NCBI GenBank assembly: GCA_964441745.1
Contig: CAYTYR010000002.1
Coordinates: 62,001-126,000 of the forward strand
Source of the DNA: an uncultured Clostridia bacterium
Lineage (GTDB): Bacteria > CAYTYR01 > UBA6262
Reading direction: 5' to 3'
DNA: 64,000 nt
Of this stretch, positions 17,804-27,800 are shown piece after piece. The notes beneath the pieces were generated by a model, which saw nothing but the letters and a program-made list of their open reading frames with translations, was not told where the DNA came from and ran no database searches. Each line of letters starts with the position of its first letter. Position 1 is the first letter of the stretch. The translations under genes were made by a program, and so were the position numbers.

Positions 17804-20314
17804 GTGATGAGCGGCTTGAAGAGAGGACTGATAGGAATAGCGATCATAATGGGACTGGTAAACAGTCCGCTGTTCTCTATCGCCGCTGATGAAGGATTGA
17901 ATGAACCACCGCGGAAAGCAGGGGAGATTCTGGTCAAATTAAGAGCTAGTGGTTCCAGCCACAGGCAAAATGTTTCTTCCAGTATTGATTCCATAAGTGC
18001 AATGATACTCAAGGAAATGCAACCGGTTTTCTCCGCCGCCCCCCAAAGTAGCGGTTCAAGCCAAAAGCAATTGAGTCCCCAGAAATCCCCTCTGGATGAA
18101 GGACTTTCGCGGTGGTTCACTGTTTCTGTTCAGGATGGCCAGGATTTGCAGGCTGCCTTAGACGCTTGCGCTGGCAGCAGTCTGGTGGAATATGCAGAAC
18201 CGATCTATATCTATAGTATAGCTACCGCTCCTAATGACCCTTACTACAATGCTTCCGGTACCTGGGGCCAGCAGTATGATGACCAGTGGGGCTTAAAGAA
18301 TATCCAGGCGGAAAAAGCCTGGAACATTTCCCGCGGTAATAATAATACTATTGTCGCGGTAATAGATACCGGTGTGGACTATACTCACCCTGACCTGAAC
18401 GCCAATATCTGGTCCAATCCTGAGGAAATACCTGGCAACGGGCTTGATGATGATCGCAATGGTTATATTGATGATACTATCGGTTGGGATTTTATTGATG
18501 ATAATAATGATCCGATGGATACGCATGGTCATGGCACTCATCTCAGCGGTATCGTCGCTGCCGTCGGTAATAACGGGCAGGGTATTACCGGAGTATGCTG
18601 GCAGGCCAAGATCATGGCTCTGAAGGGATTGACGGATAGCGGCGCCGGCGCTTCTGACAAGCTGGCCCAGGCGATCAAGTACGCGGTTGATAATGGAGCC
18701 AGGGTCATTAATCTTAGCTGGGGTGGATACGGCACCGCCAAGGTGATCAAAGATGCTCTTGAATATGCTAATAATCACAATTGTGTCATAGTTGCAGCCG
18801 CCGGAAACAACAACACCAATGCTGACAGGTTCTTCCCCGGCAATTACAGTCCAGCGATCACAGTCGCAGCTTGCAATGCCAGCGATGTCCGGGCCTCTTT
18901 TTCCAATTACGGCGCTAATGTGGATGTTACCGCCCCCGGCGTAGACATCCTTTCCCTTAAGGCGAAAGGGACGGATATGAGCCGTAAAGAGACCAATATT
19001 GTTGGCGGCGAGTATTATCGTGCCAGCGGGACCAGCATGGCTACCCCATTTGTTTCCGGTTTGGCTGCTTTAATTATAGCCAGTGACCGCAGTCTGACCA
19101 ACCTGGAAGTGGCAGAAAAGATCATTACTTCTTGTGAGGATCTGGGCACAATCGGTAAAGATGACTATTACGGCTATGGACGGATCAATGCTTCCCAAGC
19201 CCTGGTCCTGGGCCGGGGAGAACAGGTCAGGATAGCTGATTTTAAAGCCATTGACACTCCCAGCGATGATGGCGACAGTATCGATGTTTCCTGGACTAGC
19301 GCTATCAGCGCCAACGTCAAAGGGTTTTCCGTCTATTATTCTGCCTCCTCTTTTTCCAGCATTACTGATGACGGAGTCCAGGTTGCGTTAGGTTCACCGG
19401 TGGACGATCCCCAGGCAGCCAGCTGTACTATTTCTGGGTTGCAGGAAGGTACTGGCTATTATCTAGCGGTGGTAGCTACTTTGGTTTCTGGCAATAATAG
19501 CTCTTTTGTGCCGGCAGATTCCCCGGCGAATTTGCTTTCCACTGACCAGCCGGTATATCCGGCACACAATATTATTAACAGCGATATTAGTGATGATGCG
19601 ATTGCCTGGGGCCAGGATTTCCAGACCAGGGCTATTATTCCGCGGAGTCCTGAAAATCACAATAAAATACTGAATATCACCATCCCGCAGCAGGAAAAAA
19701 CTTCCCTGGTCAGCGCCGCTGATACCAAATTATACAGCGCGATGAAGCTGGCGGCAGTGGAAGAACTTGATTCCAGCACTGTTGAATTCAAGACTAACGC
19801 TGTAATCAGCGGTCTGATCACCATCCAGCTGAGTTATCCCGGCGATATTACTGGCTGGCATGAATCCAATTTGCGGATCTACCAGCTGAATGAAAGCTCT
19901 GCCAACTGGGAAGAAGTTCAGGGCAGCCAATTGGTCCATCGTAATAGCCATACCATAGCTGTAGAAATAGCTGGCAGTGAATTAGCGGAAGGCCGGATCT
20001 ATCGTCTTTTCGCGCCAGCCGGCGCCCTGGAAAATCTCGAAGAAGTGAAAGTCTATCCGAATCCCTACAAGCCCAATAGCGGTCTGGGCCACACCCGGAT
20101 CACCTTTACCAATATTATGAATGAATCAACGGTCAAAATCTACACCTTGACTGGCGAGCTGGTGCGCACTTTGCATGACGATCTGGCCCTGGGTGAAGTC
20201 AGTTGGGACGCAGCCAATGAAGATGGCCAGAAAGCAGCCAGCGGCCTGTATATATTCCTGGTGGAAAGCAATGACAGCAAGCATAAGACCGGCAAATTAG
20301 CAATTATCAAGTAA
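17804..20314 (+). CDS. Secreted S8 subtilase with FN3-like region and T9SS-type/FlgD-Ig C-terminal domain
   Basis: VAVIDTG, HGHGTH and SGTSMATP catalytic motifs; C-terminal VYPNPY...IYTLTGELVR...WD...ASGLY...GKLAIIK. Confidence 0.9.
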   Translation: MMSGLKRGLIGIAIIMGLVNSPLFSIAADEGLNEPPRKAGEILVKLRASGSSHRQNVSSSIDSISAMILKEMQPVFSAAPQSSGSSQKQLSPQKSPLDEGLSRWFTVSVQDGQDLQAALDACAGSSLVEYAEPIYIYSIATAPNDPYYNASGTWGQQYDDQWGLKNIQAEKAWNISRGNNNTIVAVIDTGVDYTHPDLNANIWSNPEEIPGNGLDDDRNGYIDDTIGWDFIDDNNDPMDTHGHGTHLSGIVAAVGNNGQGITGVCWQAKIMALKGLTDSGAGASDKLAQAIKYAVDNGARVINLSWGGYGTAKVIKDALEYANNHNCVIVAAAGNNNTNADRFFPGNYSPAITVAACNASDVRASFSNYGANVDVTAPGVDILSLKAKGTDMSRKETNIVGGEYYRASGTSMATPFVSGLAALIIASDRSLTNLEVAEKIITSCEDLGTIGKDDYYGYGRINASQALVLGRGEQVRIADFKAIDTPSDDGDSIDVSWTSAISANVKGFSVYYSASSFSSITDDGVQVALGSPVDDPQAASCTISGLQEGTGYYLAVVATLVSGNNSSFVPADSPANLLSTDQPVYPAHNIINSDISDDAIAWGQDFQTRAIIPRSPENHNKILNITIPQQEKTSLVSAADTKLYSAMKLAAVEELDSSTVEFKTNAVISGLITIQLSYPGDITGWHESNLRIYQLNESSANWEEVQGSQLVHRNSHTIAVEIAGSELAEGRIYRLFAPAGALENLEEVKVYPNPYKPNSGLGHTRITFTNIMNESTVKIYTLTGELVRTLHDDLALGEVSWDAANEDGQKAASGLYIFLVESNDSKHKTGKLAIIK

Positions 20315-20325
20315 GAGGGGAATCT

Positions 20326-21285
20326 ATGAAGAGCAATTTTAAATTACAAATTACAAATGCCAAATTAAGGATAATGCTCTTGATCCTTTCATTAGTCATT
20401 TGTAATTTGGCATTTAGCATTTCCACTTGCGTAGCTAGCGGTACCGGCACGACCGGCGCACAGTTCCTGCGGTTGGGAGCCGGGGCCCGTCCGGTAGCGA
20501 TGGGCGGCGCTTACACCGCGATTGCTGATGATGCCAGCGGGCCGCAGTATAATCCGGCCGGGATTGCCTTTGCTGAGCACAAAGAAGCTGTCGCCAGTTA
20601 TATTGATTACCTGGAAGGTATTAGTTATGGTTATATTGGCTATATTCATCCCTTTCAGAATGGCAGTGCCCTGGGCCTGGCCCTGGCTTATCTTGATTCA
20701 GGGGCAATTGATCAGACTGACCTGGCGGGCAGTGCGATCGGTACTTTTTCCAGTACCCAGAGCCTGCTCTTATTGACGTACGCCAGGACTATTGGCTCAA
20801 AAATGTCCTTAGGCGCCAACCTGAAAGTGTTCCAGCAGAAGATCGAGCAGGAAAAGACTAATGGTTACGCCCTGGATTTTGGCGCCAGCTATAAATTATG
20901 GCCAAGCTTCTCGGCCGGAGTTAACGTTCAGAACCTGGGCCCGGGAGTAAAGTTTGTGCAGGAAAAAGATCCCTTACCGTTAACGATCAAAGCCGGCGTT
21001 GCCTATATTTTTATCGAAGACAGATTAACCTTGGCCAGTGACGCGAAATACCAGCCCAAGGAAGACAGTAAAATTAGCGAGAATGTCGGGGTCGAATACT
21101 GGGTCAATCAAAACCTGGCTCTGCGGGTCGGTTACGATACAGCTAACCTTTCTGATATTGAAAACTTTAACGGCATCACTGCCGGCCTGGGTTTCCAAAT
21201 CGCTGGTTTTAATTTGCATTATGCCTGGATGCCTTACGGCATTCTCGGCGATACACACCGCATTTCTGTGGGTTATAAATGGTGA
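20326..21285 (+). CDS. PorV/PorQ (UPF0164)-family outer-membrane beta-barrel
   Basis: GAQFLRLGAGARPVAMGGAY.AIADDA...YNPAG; terminal THRISVGYKW. Confidence 0.85.
   Translation: MKSNFKLQITNAKLRIMLLILSLVICNLAFSISTCVASGTGTTGAQFLRLGAGARPVAMGGAYTAIADDASGPQYNPAGIAFAEHKEAVASYIDYLEGISYGYIGYIHPFQNGSALGLALAYLDSGAIDQTDLAGSAIGTFSSTQSLLLLTYARTIGSKMSLGANLKVFQQKIEQEKTNGYALDFGASYKLWPSFSAGVNVQNLGPGVKFVQEKDPLPLTIKAGVAYIFIEDRLTLASDAKYQPKEDSKISENVGVEYWVNQNLALRVGYDTANLSDIENFNGITAGLGFQIAGFNLHYAWMPYGILGDTHRISVGYKW
20341..20422 (+). repeat. Family B empty hairpin lying in frame in the signal-peptide region
   Basis: AAATTAC AAATTAC AAATGCC AAATTAAGGAT-10 nt loop-ATCCTT...TGTAATT TGGCATT TAGCATT. Confidence 0.75.
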
Positions 21286-22802
21286 ATAAAAGAAAATATC
21301 TGATAATAATGATGATGTCCTGGCTGATTCTGTCCCTAAGGCCGGTTCAGGGACAGGAGACCAAGCTTGTCTTTAATCACTTAAAAGGCGAGACCAGGGA
21401 AAATGGGTATTTAAAGTCAGTGGCTGACCTGAATCAGGCAGTGCTGGCTCATTTACAAAAAAGCACTAATAAGGTGACCGGATTAGTGGAAAGCTATATT
21501 GGTACCAGCGGCTGTTATTTTGATGAAGCCAGCAAACAATATTATACCCATCAGCAAGGCCTGCTCGACCAGCAGGCTTTTACCTATGACCAGGCTTTGG
21601 CGGTGATGATGTATTCCATGAATAACCGGAAGGGCAAGGCCGAACAGATCCTGCGGGTCTTGAAAAACAATTTTTATGCGCAAAAAAATGGTTATACCGG
21701 ATTGCTGACTTCCTATCGCACTGCGGAGTTCGATATTTGGGGAGAAGACATGCTTTTAGCCGGTATTGACGGTGACCGGATACATGTCGGGCCGAATATG
21801 TGGGTCGCCCTGGCCGCGCTGCATCATGACCGGATCAATCATTCCGAGAAACATCTCGGGTTTGCCATTGATATTGCCAAATGGGCCTATGACCTGCCTC
21901 ATTTTAAATTCAGCGACGGCAGCCGCGGGGCGGTCAGTATGGGCAGCGGGTGGGGCCCGGACTGGAGCAAGGTCTATTCTACGGAGAATGTGATCGACTA
22001 TTATGCTGTTCTAAAAATACTGGAGCAGATCTATCATCGGGACAATGGTAAATACCGTCAGTTGTTTTTAAAGCATGAATTTGGCTTAGCCAAGATCAAG
22101 CAGGAAATAGCCTGCATTAAGAAATGGCTGTTGGAAGTTGCCTATAACCGGAAAACTCATATCTTTAACTGCGGGTATAACGAATCAGGAGTGGACGAGA
22201 CCAAAGCTCTGGATGTCATCAGTTGGAGCATTGTGGCTATTGGGCCGGAGGAAATAGTGCGCTGGGGCCTGGATCCGGTTAAAATGATTGAAACTGCCGA
22301 AGAGATATTTTTAATCCAGCAGGCGGTTAATGATATCTCCATTTTCGGTTTTGATTTTACCGATGACCAAGGCAAGGATCCTAAACGTTCCCGTTTGATC
22401 TGGTGGGAAGGAACCGGGCAGATGATCGTGGCCTATCAGGTGATGGCGAAATTCTGCCGGAAAAACCAAGCCCCGGGTAAAGCGAAAGAATACGAGGGGA
22501 AAGCTATCCGCTATCTGGCGGAAATGAATAAGATGACTGTCTTAGCCAAATTGCCAAAAGGAGTGTTGCCTTATACCAGCGTGCAGCCGGGAGACCAGGA
22601 AATAGTCAATGCCTTTTTCTTTGGCTGGGAGATTCCCCGCGGCAAAGAGGGCCGCTGGGTGGCCGCTCTCTCCAGCACGATCTGGGGATTTTTTGGCTTA
22701 AGCGGTTTTAATCCTCTGGCGCTGGAACAGAAAACCATCGGCGCGCTACGCCAGTCGCCGCACGAGATGAGCGCCAGTATGGGCAAAGTCTTAAATAATT
22801 AA
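21279..22802 (+). CDS. Secreted hypothetical protein, possibly an (alpha/alpha)6 glycoside hydrolase-like fold
   Basis: Signal peptide; FTYDQAL, HVGPNMW, STEN..D and IWWEGTGQM motifs; family not certain. Confidence 0.5.
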   Translation: MVNKRKYLIIMMMSWLILSLRPVQGQETKLVFNHLKGETRENGYLKSVADLNQAVLAHLQKSTNKVTGLVESYIGTSGCYFDEASKQYYTHQQGLLDQQAFTYDQALAVMMYSMNNRKGKAEQILRVLKNNFYAQKNGYTGLLTSYRTAEFDIWGEDMLLAGIDGDRIHVGPNMWVALAALHHDRINHSEKHLGFAIDIAKWAYDLPHFKFSDGSRGAVSMGSGWGPDWSKVYSTENVIDYYAVLKILEQIYHRDNGKYRQLFLKHEFGLAKIKQEIACIKKWLLEVAYNRKTHIFNCGYNESGVDETKALDVISWSIVAIGPEEIVRWGLDPVKMIETAEEIFLIQQAVNDISIFGFDFTDDQGKDPKRSRLIWWEGTGQMIVAYQVMAKFCRKNQAPGKAKEYEGKAIRYLAEMNKMTVLAKLPKGVLPYTSVQPGDQEIVNAFFFGWEIPRGKEGRWVAALSSTIWGFFGLSGFNPLALEQKTIGALRQSPHEMSASMGKVLNN

Positions 22803-22973
22803 TAAAGGGGGAAGAGAAGAAGATGAACCGTAAGCTAACCTATTTTTTTGCGTTTTTCTGGCCTGGCTGTGTTCGGTTGAGTATCTGGTCTTAGAGGAAG
22901 CGCGTTTGGCCGTTCCAGAGAGCGGTTATCACCTGTATGATGATTCCATCCCTTAAGTAATCCCCATGTTTGA

Positions 22974-23068
22974 AGTTGAAGGTTGTAGAAGTAGGTATAG
23001 AAATAGGTTGTAAGTCTTAGGTTTAAACTTAAGACCTTAGACTAAACTTACTTCCAAAACCTATACCT
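22974..23068 (+). repeat. Family A hairpin repeat, empty copy 4
   Basis: TTGAAGGTTGTAGAAGTAGGTATAG...CTTACTTCCAAAACCTATACCT. Confidence 0.9.
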
Positions 23069-23101
23069 GATTACTGTTCTTCGTATTGACTATCTTTCGC
23101 A

Positions 23102-23186
23102 TTGACTGGCAAGTTCTTCTGTGATAGAATACTTAAGTCCCTCCTTCCGTAATAATCCTTGACAAAAACAGTAAATGTGGTATATT
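23102..23186 (+). promoter_or_regulatory. Two tandem sigma70-like promoters
   Basis: TTGACT-17-TAGAAT (23102-23130) and TTGACA-16-TATATT (23159-23186). Confidence 0.55.
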
Positions 23187-23198
23187 CGTATTACCAAT

Positions 23199-23214
23199 AT
23201 GTTACCGGTACCAT
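23199..23214. promoter_or_regulatory. LacI-family operator
   Basis: ATGTTACCGGTACCAT, near-perfect palindrome with central CG, between promoter and the LacI gene. Confidence 0.7.
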
Positions 23215-23226
23215 AAAAGGTGGCGT

Positions 23227-24264
23227 ATGAACAAACCGGAAAATATTACCATCAATACGATTGCCGAGAAAGCCGGGACTTCCAAGATGACAGTCTCCCG
23301 GGTTCTCAATAACCATCCGTATGTCAAATCGAAAACCCGTTCTAAAATACTCAACCTGATCAAAAAATTCAAATATCATCCGAATATGACCGCGGTTAAT
23401 CTTTCCCGTAAGTCTCCCCAAACTATTGCCTTAGTCATTCAATATGAACATCTGTTCACTACCTGCTATTTTACCGAGATCCTGCAGGGTATCGAAAAAG
23501 TAGCGGATGAATATTCTTATAGCCTGGTTATTCTTAATGTCACTTCCCAGCAGGAAGAAGACGTGGAAAAGATCACTAGCTGGTATTTCGGCAAGTTCGT
23601 CAAGGGCTTCCTGATCCTGGCGCCGCCGCAAAATTCGGCGCTGGTCAAAAAAATGAGGGAAGCTAATGTGCCTTTTGTCCTGATCGGCGCCAGCGGGGGT
23701 TTCAAAGGCAGTAATTTTGTCGATGTGGAAAATTATACCGGCGCCTATAAGGCGGCTAAATACCTGGTCAATTTAGGGCATCAGCACTTCGGTATTATTA
23801 CCGGTCCGCCGGAGCGCGGTGATGCCCGTGAACGGGAAGCCGGATTCCGCCAGGCCCTGGCTGATCAAAAGATATCCATTGCCGAAAATATGATCGTTTG
23901 CGGTCATTTTAAGGAAGACCTTGGCTACCAGGCGATGCTGCAATTACTGATTCAGCCGAACCGGCCTACCGCCGTGTTTGCCGCTAACGACCTCATGGCT
24001 AAGGGCGCGATGATGGCGATCAAGGAAAGCAACCTTCAGGTTCCTCAAGATATTTCCCTGGTCGGTTTTGATGATATTGATATCGCCGCCCAGCTGGTTC
24101 CTCCTTTGACGACAGTGAAACAGCCGATGTTCAGGCTGGGAACGGAGGCTGCCGCTTTCCTGATCAAACATAGCTCTGATGATGACAAACCTCTGCATTT
24201 GGTCTTGCCGACGGAATTAATTATAAGAGAGTCGAGCTCAAGGATATGGCATTTTCAAAAATAA
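23227..24264 (+). CDS. LacI family transcriptional regulator
   Basis: TI..IAEKAGTSKMTVSRVLN HTH; VPQDISLVGFDD and PPLTTV motifs. Confidence 0.95.
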   Translation: MNKPENITINTIAEKAGTSKMTVSRVLNNHPYVKSKTRSKILNLIKKFKYHPNMTAVNLSRKSPQTIALVIQYEHLFTTCYFTEILQGIEKVADEYSYSLVILNVTSQQEEDVEKITSWYFGKFVKGFLILAPPQNSALVKKMREANVPFVLIGASGGFKGSNFVDVENYTGAYKAAKYLVNLGHQHFGIITGPPERGDAREREAGFRQALADQKISIAENMIVCGHFKEDLGYQAMLQLLIQPNRPTAVFAANDLMAKGAMMAIKESNLQVPQDISLVGFDDIDIAAQLVPPLTTVKQPMFRLGTEAAAFLIKHSSDDDKPLHLVLPTELIIRESSSRIWHFQK

Positions 24265-24791
24265 TCAAAAGAACAGGATTTACCTTAGTGGAGTTGATGA
24301 TCGTGGTCGCCATTATCGGCATACTGGCGGGTATTGCCATACCCCGTTATATGAATTTCGTGCAACGTTCCAGAGAAGGAGCTACTAAAGGCAGCTTAGG
24401 CGCCATTCGGTCAGCGATAGGTATTTACTATGCAGATAACGAGCATTACCCCCTGGCTCTGTCCTACGATCCCCGGACTGGCAATGAACTGCACGTGTAC
24501 TCTGATGACGGTTTTAGCTGGAACATAGATCCTGATTTTAAGCAGTATCTGGATGAAATTCCTCAGTGCGAGATTGGCCCGGCGCCAACCTTCGTTGATA
24601 ACCCGCATCGTTCTGATATTTGGCACCAGGGACTACACTGGTCCACACCAATCCCTTCTCCCGGGGCCGATGCTGTGGGCTGGTGGTATTTCCGCTCGAC
24701 CGACACTGTATCCGGGTTAGCTGTAGTTGGCAGGCTTCATGTTAATGTCCTGGGGAATGATTACAAAGGAACTCCCTATATTTCATGGTAA
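24246..24791 (+). CDS. Type IV pilin / type II secretion pseudopilin-like protein
   Basis: Prepilin motif G|FTLVELMIVVAIIGILAGIAIP. Confidence 0.85.
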   Translation: MAFSKIIKRTGFTLVELMIVVAIIGILAGIAIPRYMNFVQRSREGATKGSLGAIRSAIGIYYADNEHYPLALSYDPRTGNELHVYSDDGFSWNIDPDFKQYLDEIPQCEIGPAPTFVDNPHRSDIWHQGLHWSTPIPSPGADAVGWWYFRSTDTVSGLAVVGRLHVNVLGNDYKGTPYISW

Positions 24792-24801
24792 AGGAGAATT
24801 T

Positions 24802-27800
24802 ATGAAGCACAGATGGGCAGGGATTTTTACCCTGGCAGCAGTATGCTGGACGCTGCCAGTCTTAGCTGGAGAATTACAGCCGCCTACTTTCGAGCTCAAA
24901 ACGATCAATAATGTTACTGTCCCGTTCCAGAACGATTTGCCTTTGCCAGGTTTTGAAAAGCAGGACCGGGTACAGCTAAATCTGGCTGGTACCTGGAAAA
25001 AAGAACGGCTGGTCATGAACCAGGAATTAACCCTGCAAAAAAGAACTGCCGAGACCATCGCCGAGTTGGAGAAAGAGAGCAATGGCCGGCATTTGGCCGC
25101 TTATGATGATAGCGCCTGGGAAAAGAAAGAGATTCCCGGGGTAGAAAATCCTTCACCTGACCGGTATGAAAGCGGTGTCTGGTACCGGCGGAATTTTGAA
25201 ATAAGCAAGGAAAACGAAGGAAAATACCTGAAACTGGTTTTCCTGGCCGCCAATTACTTCACCGATGTCTGGGTCAACGGTGCCTGGATCGGCTGTCATG
25301 AAGGCGGCTATACGCCTTTTGTCCTGGATCTTACCCCGTATGTCAAATTCGGGGAGAAAAATTCCCTGGCCGTCCGGGTGGATAATATTCCCTGGGTGCC
25401 ATCCGGCAACCGTGACCAGCGCAACCTGACGGTGCCTTGTTATATTGGCGACTGGTGGAATTATGGCGGCATTAAGAGAGATGTCTTTATTGAAATATGC
25501 CCAGCCATCAACATCGTGCGCGCTGATGTTAAAACAAAACCAGCCGGCCCGGATAAGGCGCAGATCAACGCCGCCGTGGTGATCGACAACCGCAGTGAAA
25601 TTGACACGACGCTGAAGGTAGAAGTGTTTGTCTACAAGGCGAAACTGACTGACAAGAATATTCTGGCGGAAAATGCCAAAGAGATCATGGACCTGTCCAA
25701 ACCCTTGACCGTGTGGGGAGAAAGGGCTGCTGAATTGACTGTTTTGGGCAAAGATACGGTGGCCTATAATTTTAGCCTGCCTGCTGATTGGCCTGAACTC
25801 TGGACCCCGGCCCAGCCAAACTTATATGTCCTGCAAGTTAAGGTTTATGACCTTAAGAATAAACAGCTGATCGATAAATATTATACCCAATTCGGGATCA
25901 GGGAATTTACCATTGATAAAAGCAAGGCAGCTATCCTGCTGAACGGGGAGCAGATAAAACTGCGCGGTTTGGCCCGGCATGAAGTTTATCCCGGCAGCAA
26001 CGAAGTCCCCGGAAAAAAGTCACCCCTGCAGATCATTTATGACGATTTTAAGCTGATCAAAGAAGCGAACTGCAATTTTATCCGTACCGCGCATTATCCC
26101 AATCATCCTTTTACTCAGGTCATGGCAGACCGTTTAGGACTCGTGGTCTGGGAAGAAATACCGGTTTACTGGTTTGGCGGGCCGGAGTTTGATCTCCAGC
26201 GCAAGGAGCGGGGTATTGCCCGGCAGATGTGGCAGGAGATGATCTATCAGGATTATAACCGCGCCTCTGTGGCTATCTGGAGCGCTTGTAATGAATGCAG
26301 CTGGCAGACAGAGCGGGCCTTGTTCGTCAAGGAACTGCGCGATATCGCTTACCAGATCGACGGGACCAGGTTCGTCGCCCAATCTGCTTCTGGCAGTGAC
26401 GCCAAGGATCCCAGCCAGAAAGATATGGACTTGCTTGGGTTTACCATGTATTACGGCGTATTCTACGGCGATGATTATTATGAAGACACCCTGGAAGCCC
26501 TGGAAGTCATGCATAAGACTTTCCCGGAGAAACCGATCATTGCCACTGAATTCGGTATCTGGGCGCCCTATCAAGAAGATACTCAGCAGTTGAAGCAGGT
26601 GCAGTTATTCAAGGAAACCATGAATGCTTTCAACAAAGCGCCTGCCGTCGCTGGCACAGTTTGGTGGACTGCTTTTGACTGGCATACCATGATCAACGAT
26701 CCAGGGACCATGGGGATCATGACCATGGACCGGAAATTATATAAGAAAATATTTTCCACATTACAGCGGGAATTTGGCAATACTACGGGTAATATCCAGG
26801 TCGTCAGTCCCAAACAGGATGAAAAACTCACCGGCAAAGTTACCATCAAAGCCTCTTATATGGTCGGCAAGGATTGGCCGGTCAAAGAGATTGTCATTGA
26901 TAATGAGAAAAAATATGCCATGAAAGCTTTAGGCAATAGCTATTATAGCTACGACCTGGATACCAAACTGCTGAGTGAGGGGGATCATTCCCTGGTTTTC
27001 AAAGCCTGGAGCTCATCCGGCACTGCTGTCTCCGAGGCTTTCAATGTAGTAATAGATAATGTTGACGAACCGCCGCTGGTGCAGTTTAGTCCCAAAGACG
27101 GCTCATATGTAATGAATAATGTGCTTTTAAGCGTCAAAGCTGAAGATGACCGCGGTATTGTCTCAGTCAAATATGCTATCGATGACGGCCAGTTTATCGA
27201 TATGGCTGATAAAAGCAAAGGGAACTATCAAGCCCAGTGGGATGCTTCCGCTCTGGGTGACGGCTCCGTGCATGGCATTAAATTCCGTATCGAGGATACA
27301 GGCAAGAACGTAGTTGAAAAACCGGCCAAAGTTATTATTGATAATGTACCTGGCCTCTATCTGGACCTGCCCTTTGATACAGACATGATCTCTACCGCAG
27401 CCAATCTCGCTGATGGCGCCGGTTGGGATTTTCCGGCTGAAGAATTGCCTGATTCCAACCGCGATTTTATCTTCATGGGCCAGGCCAAGATAAAATATAA
27501 ATTTGGCCCCAAGGAAGACGGACAAAATAATAATGTCGAATGTATTGGCCAAACCTTGAAGATCCCTAATGGCCGGTATACTAAAATGCATATCCTGGCA
27601 GCGATGCATAACGGCAGCAGCAAAGTCGACTTCACTCTGCGCTATACTGACGGCACCTCTGAATCTGTCAAGACTGCCTATTCTGACTGGTGGGGAGGCA
27701 AGCCTGTTTTTAATGATGAGCCGGCTATTGTGACTTCTTATCATCATGAAAAAGCCGGTATCCGCCAGCCGGGAGTAGCGATCTTTTCCCAAACCATTAC

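Noticed and set aside
22824-22893. Short ORF with RBS after 21279-22802 (MNRKLTYFFAFFWPG...)
   Set aside because: Only about 23 codons with no recognisable motif. It may be a gene remnant but cannot be supported.
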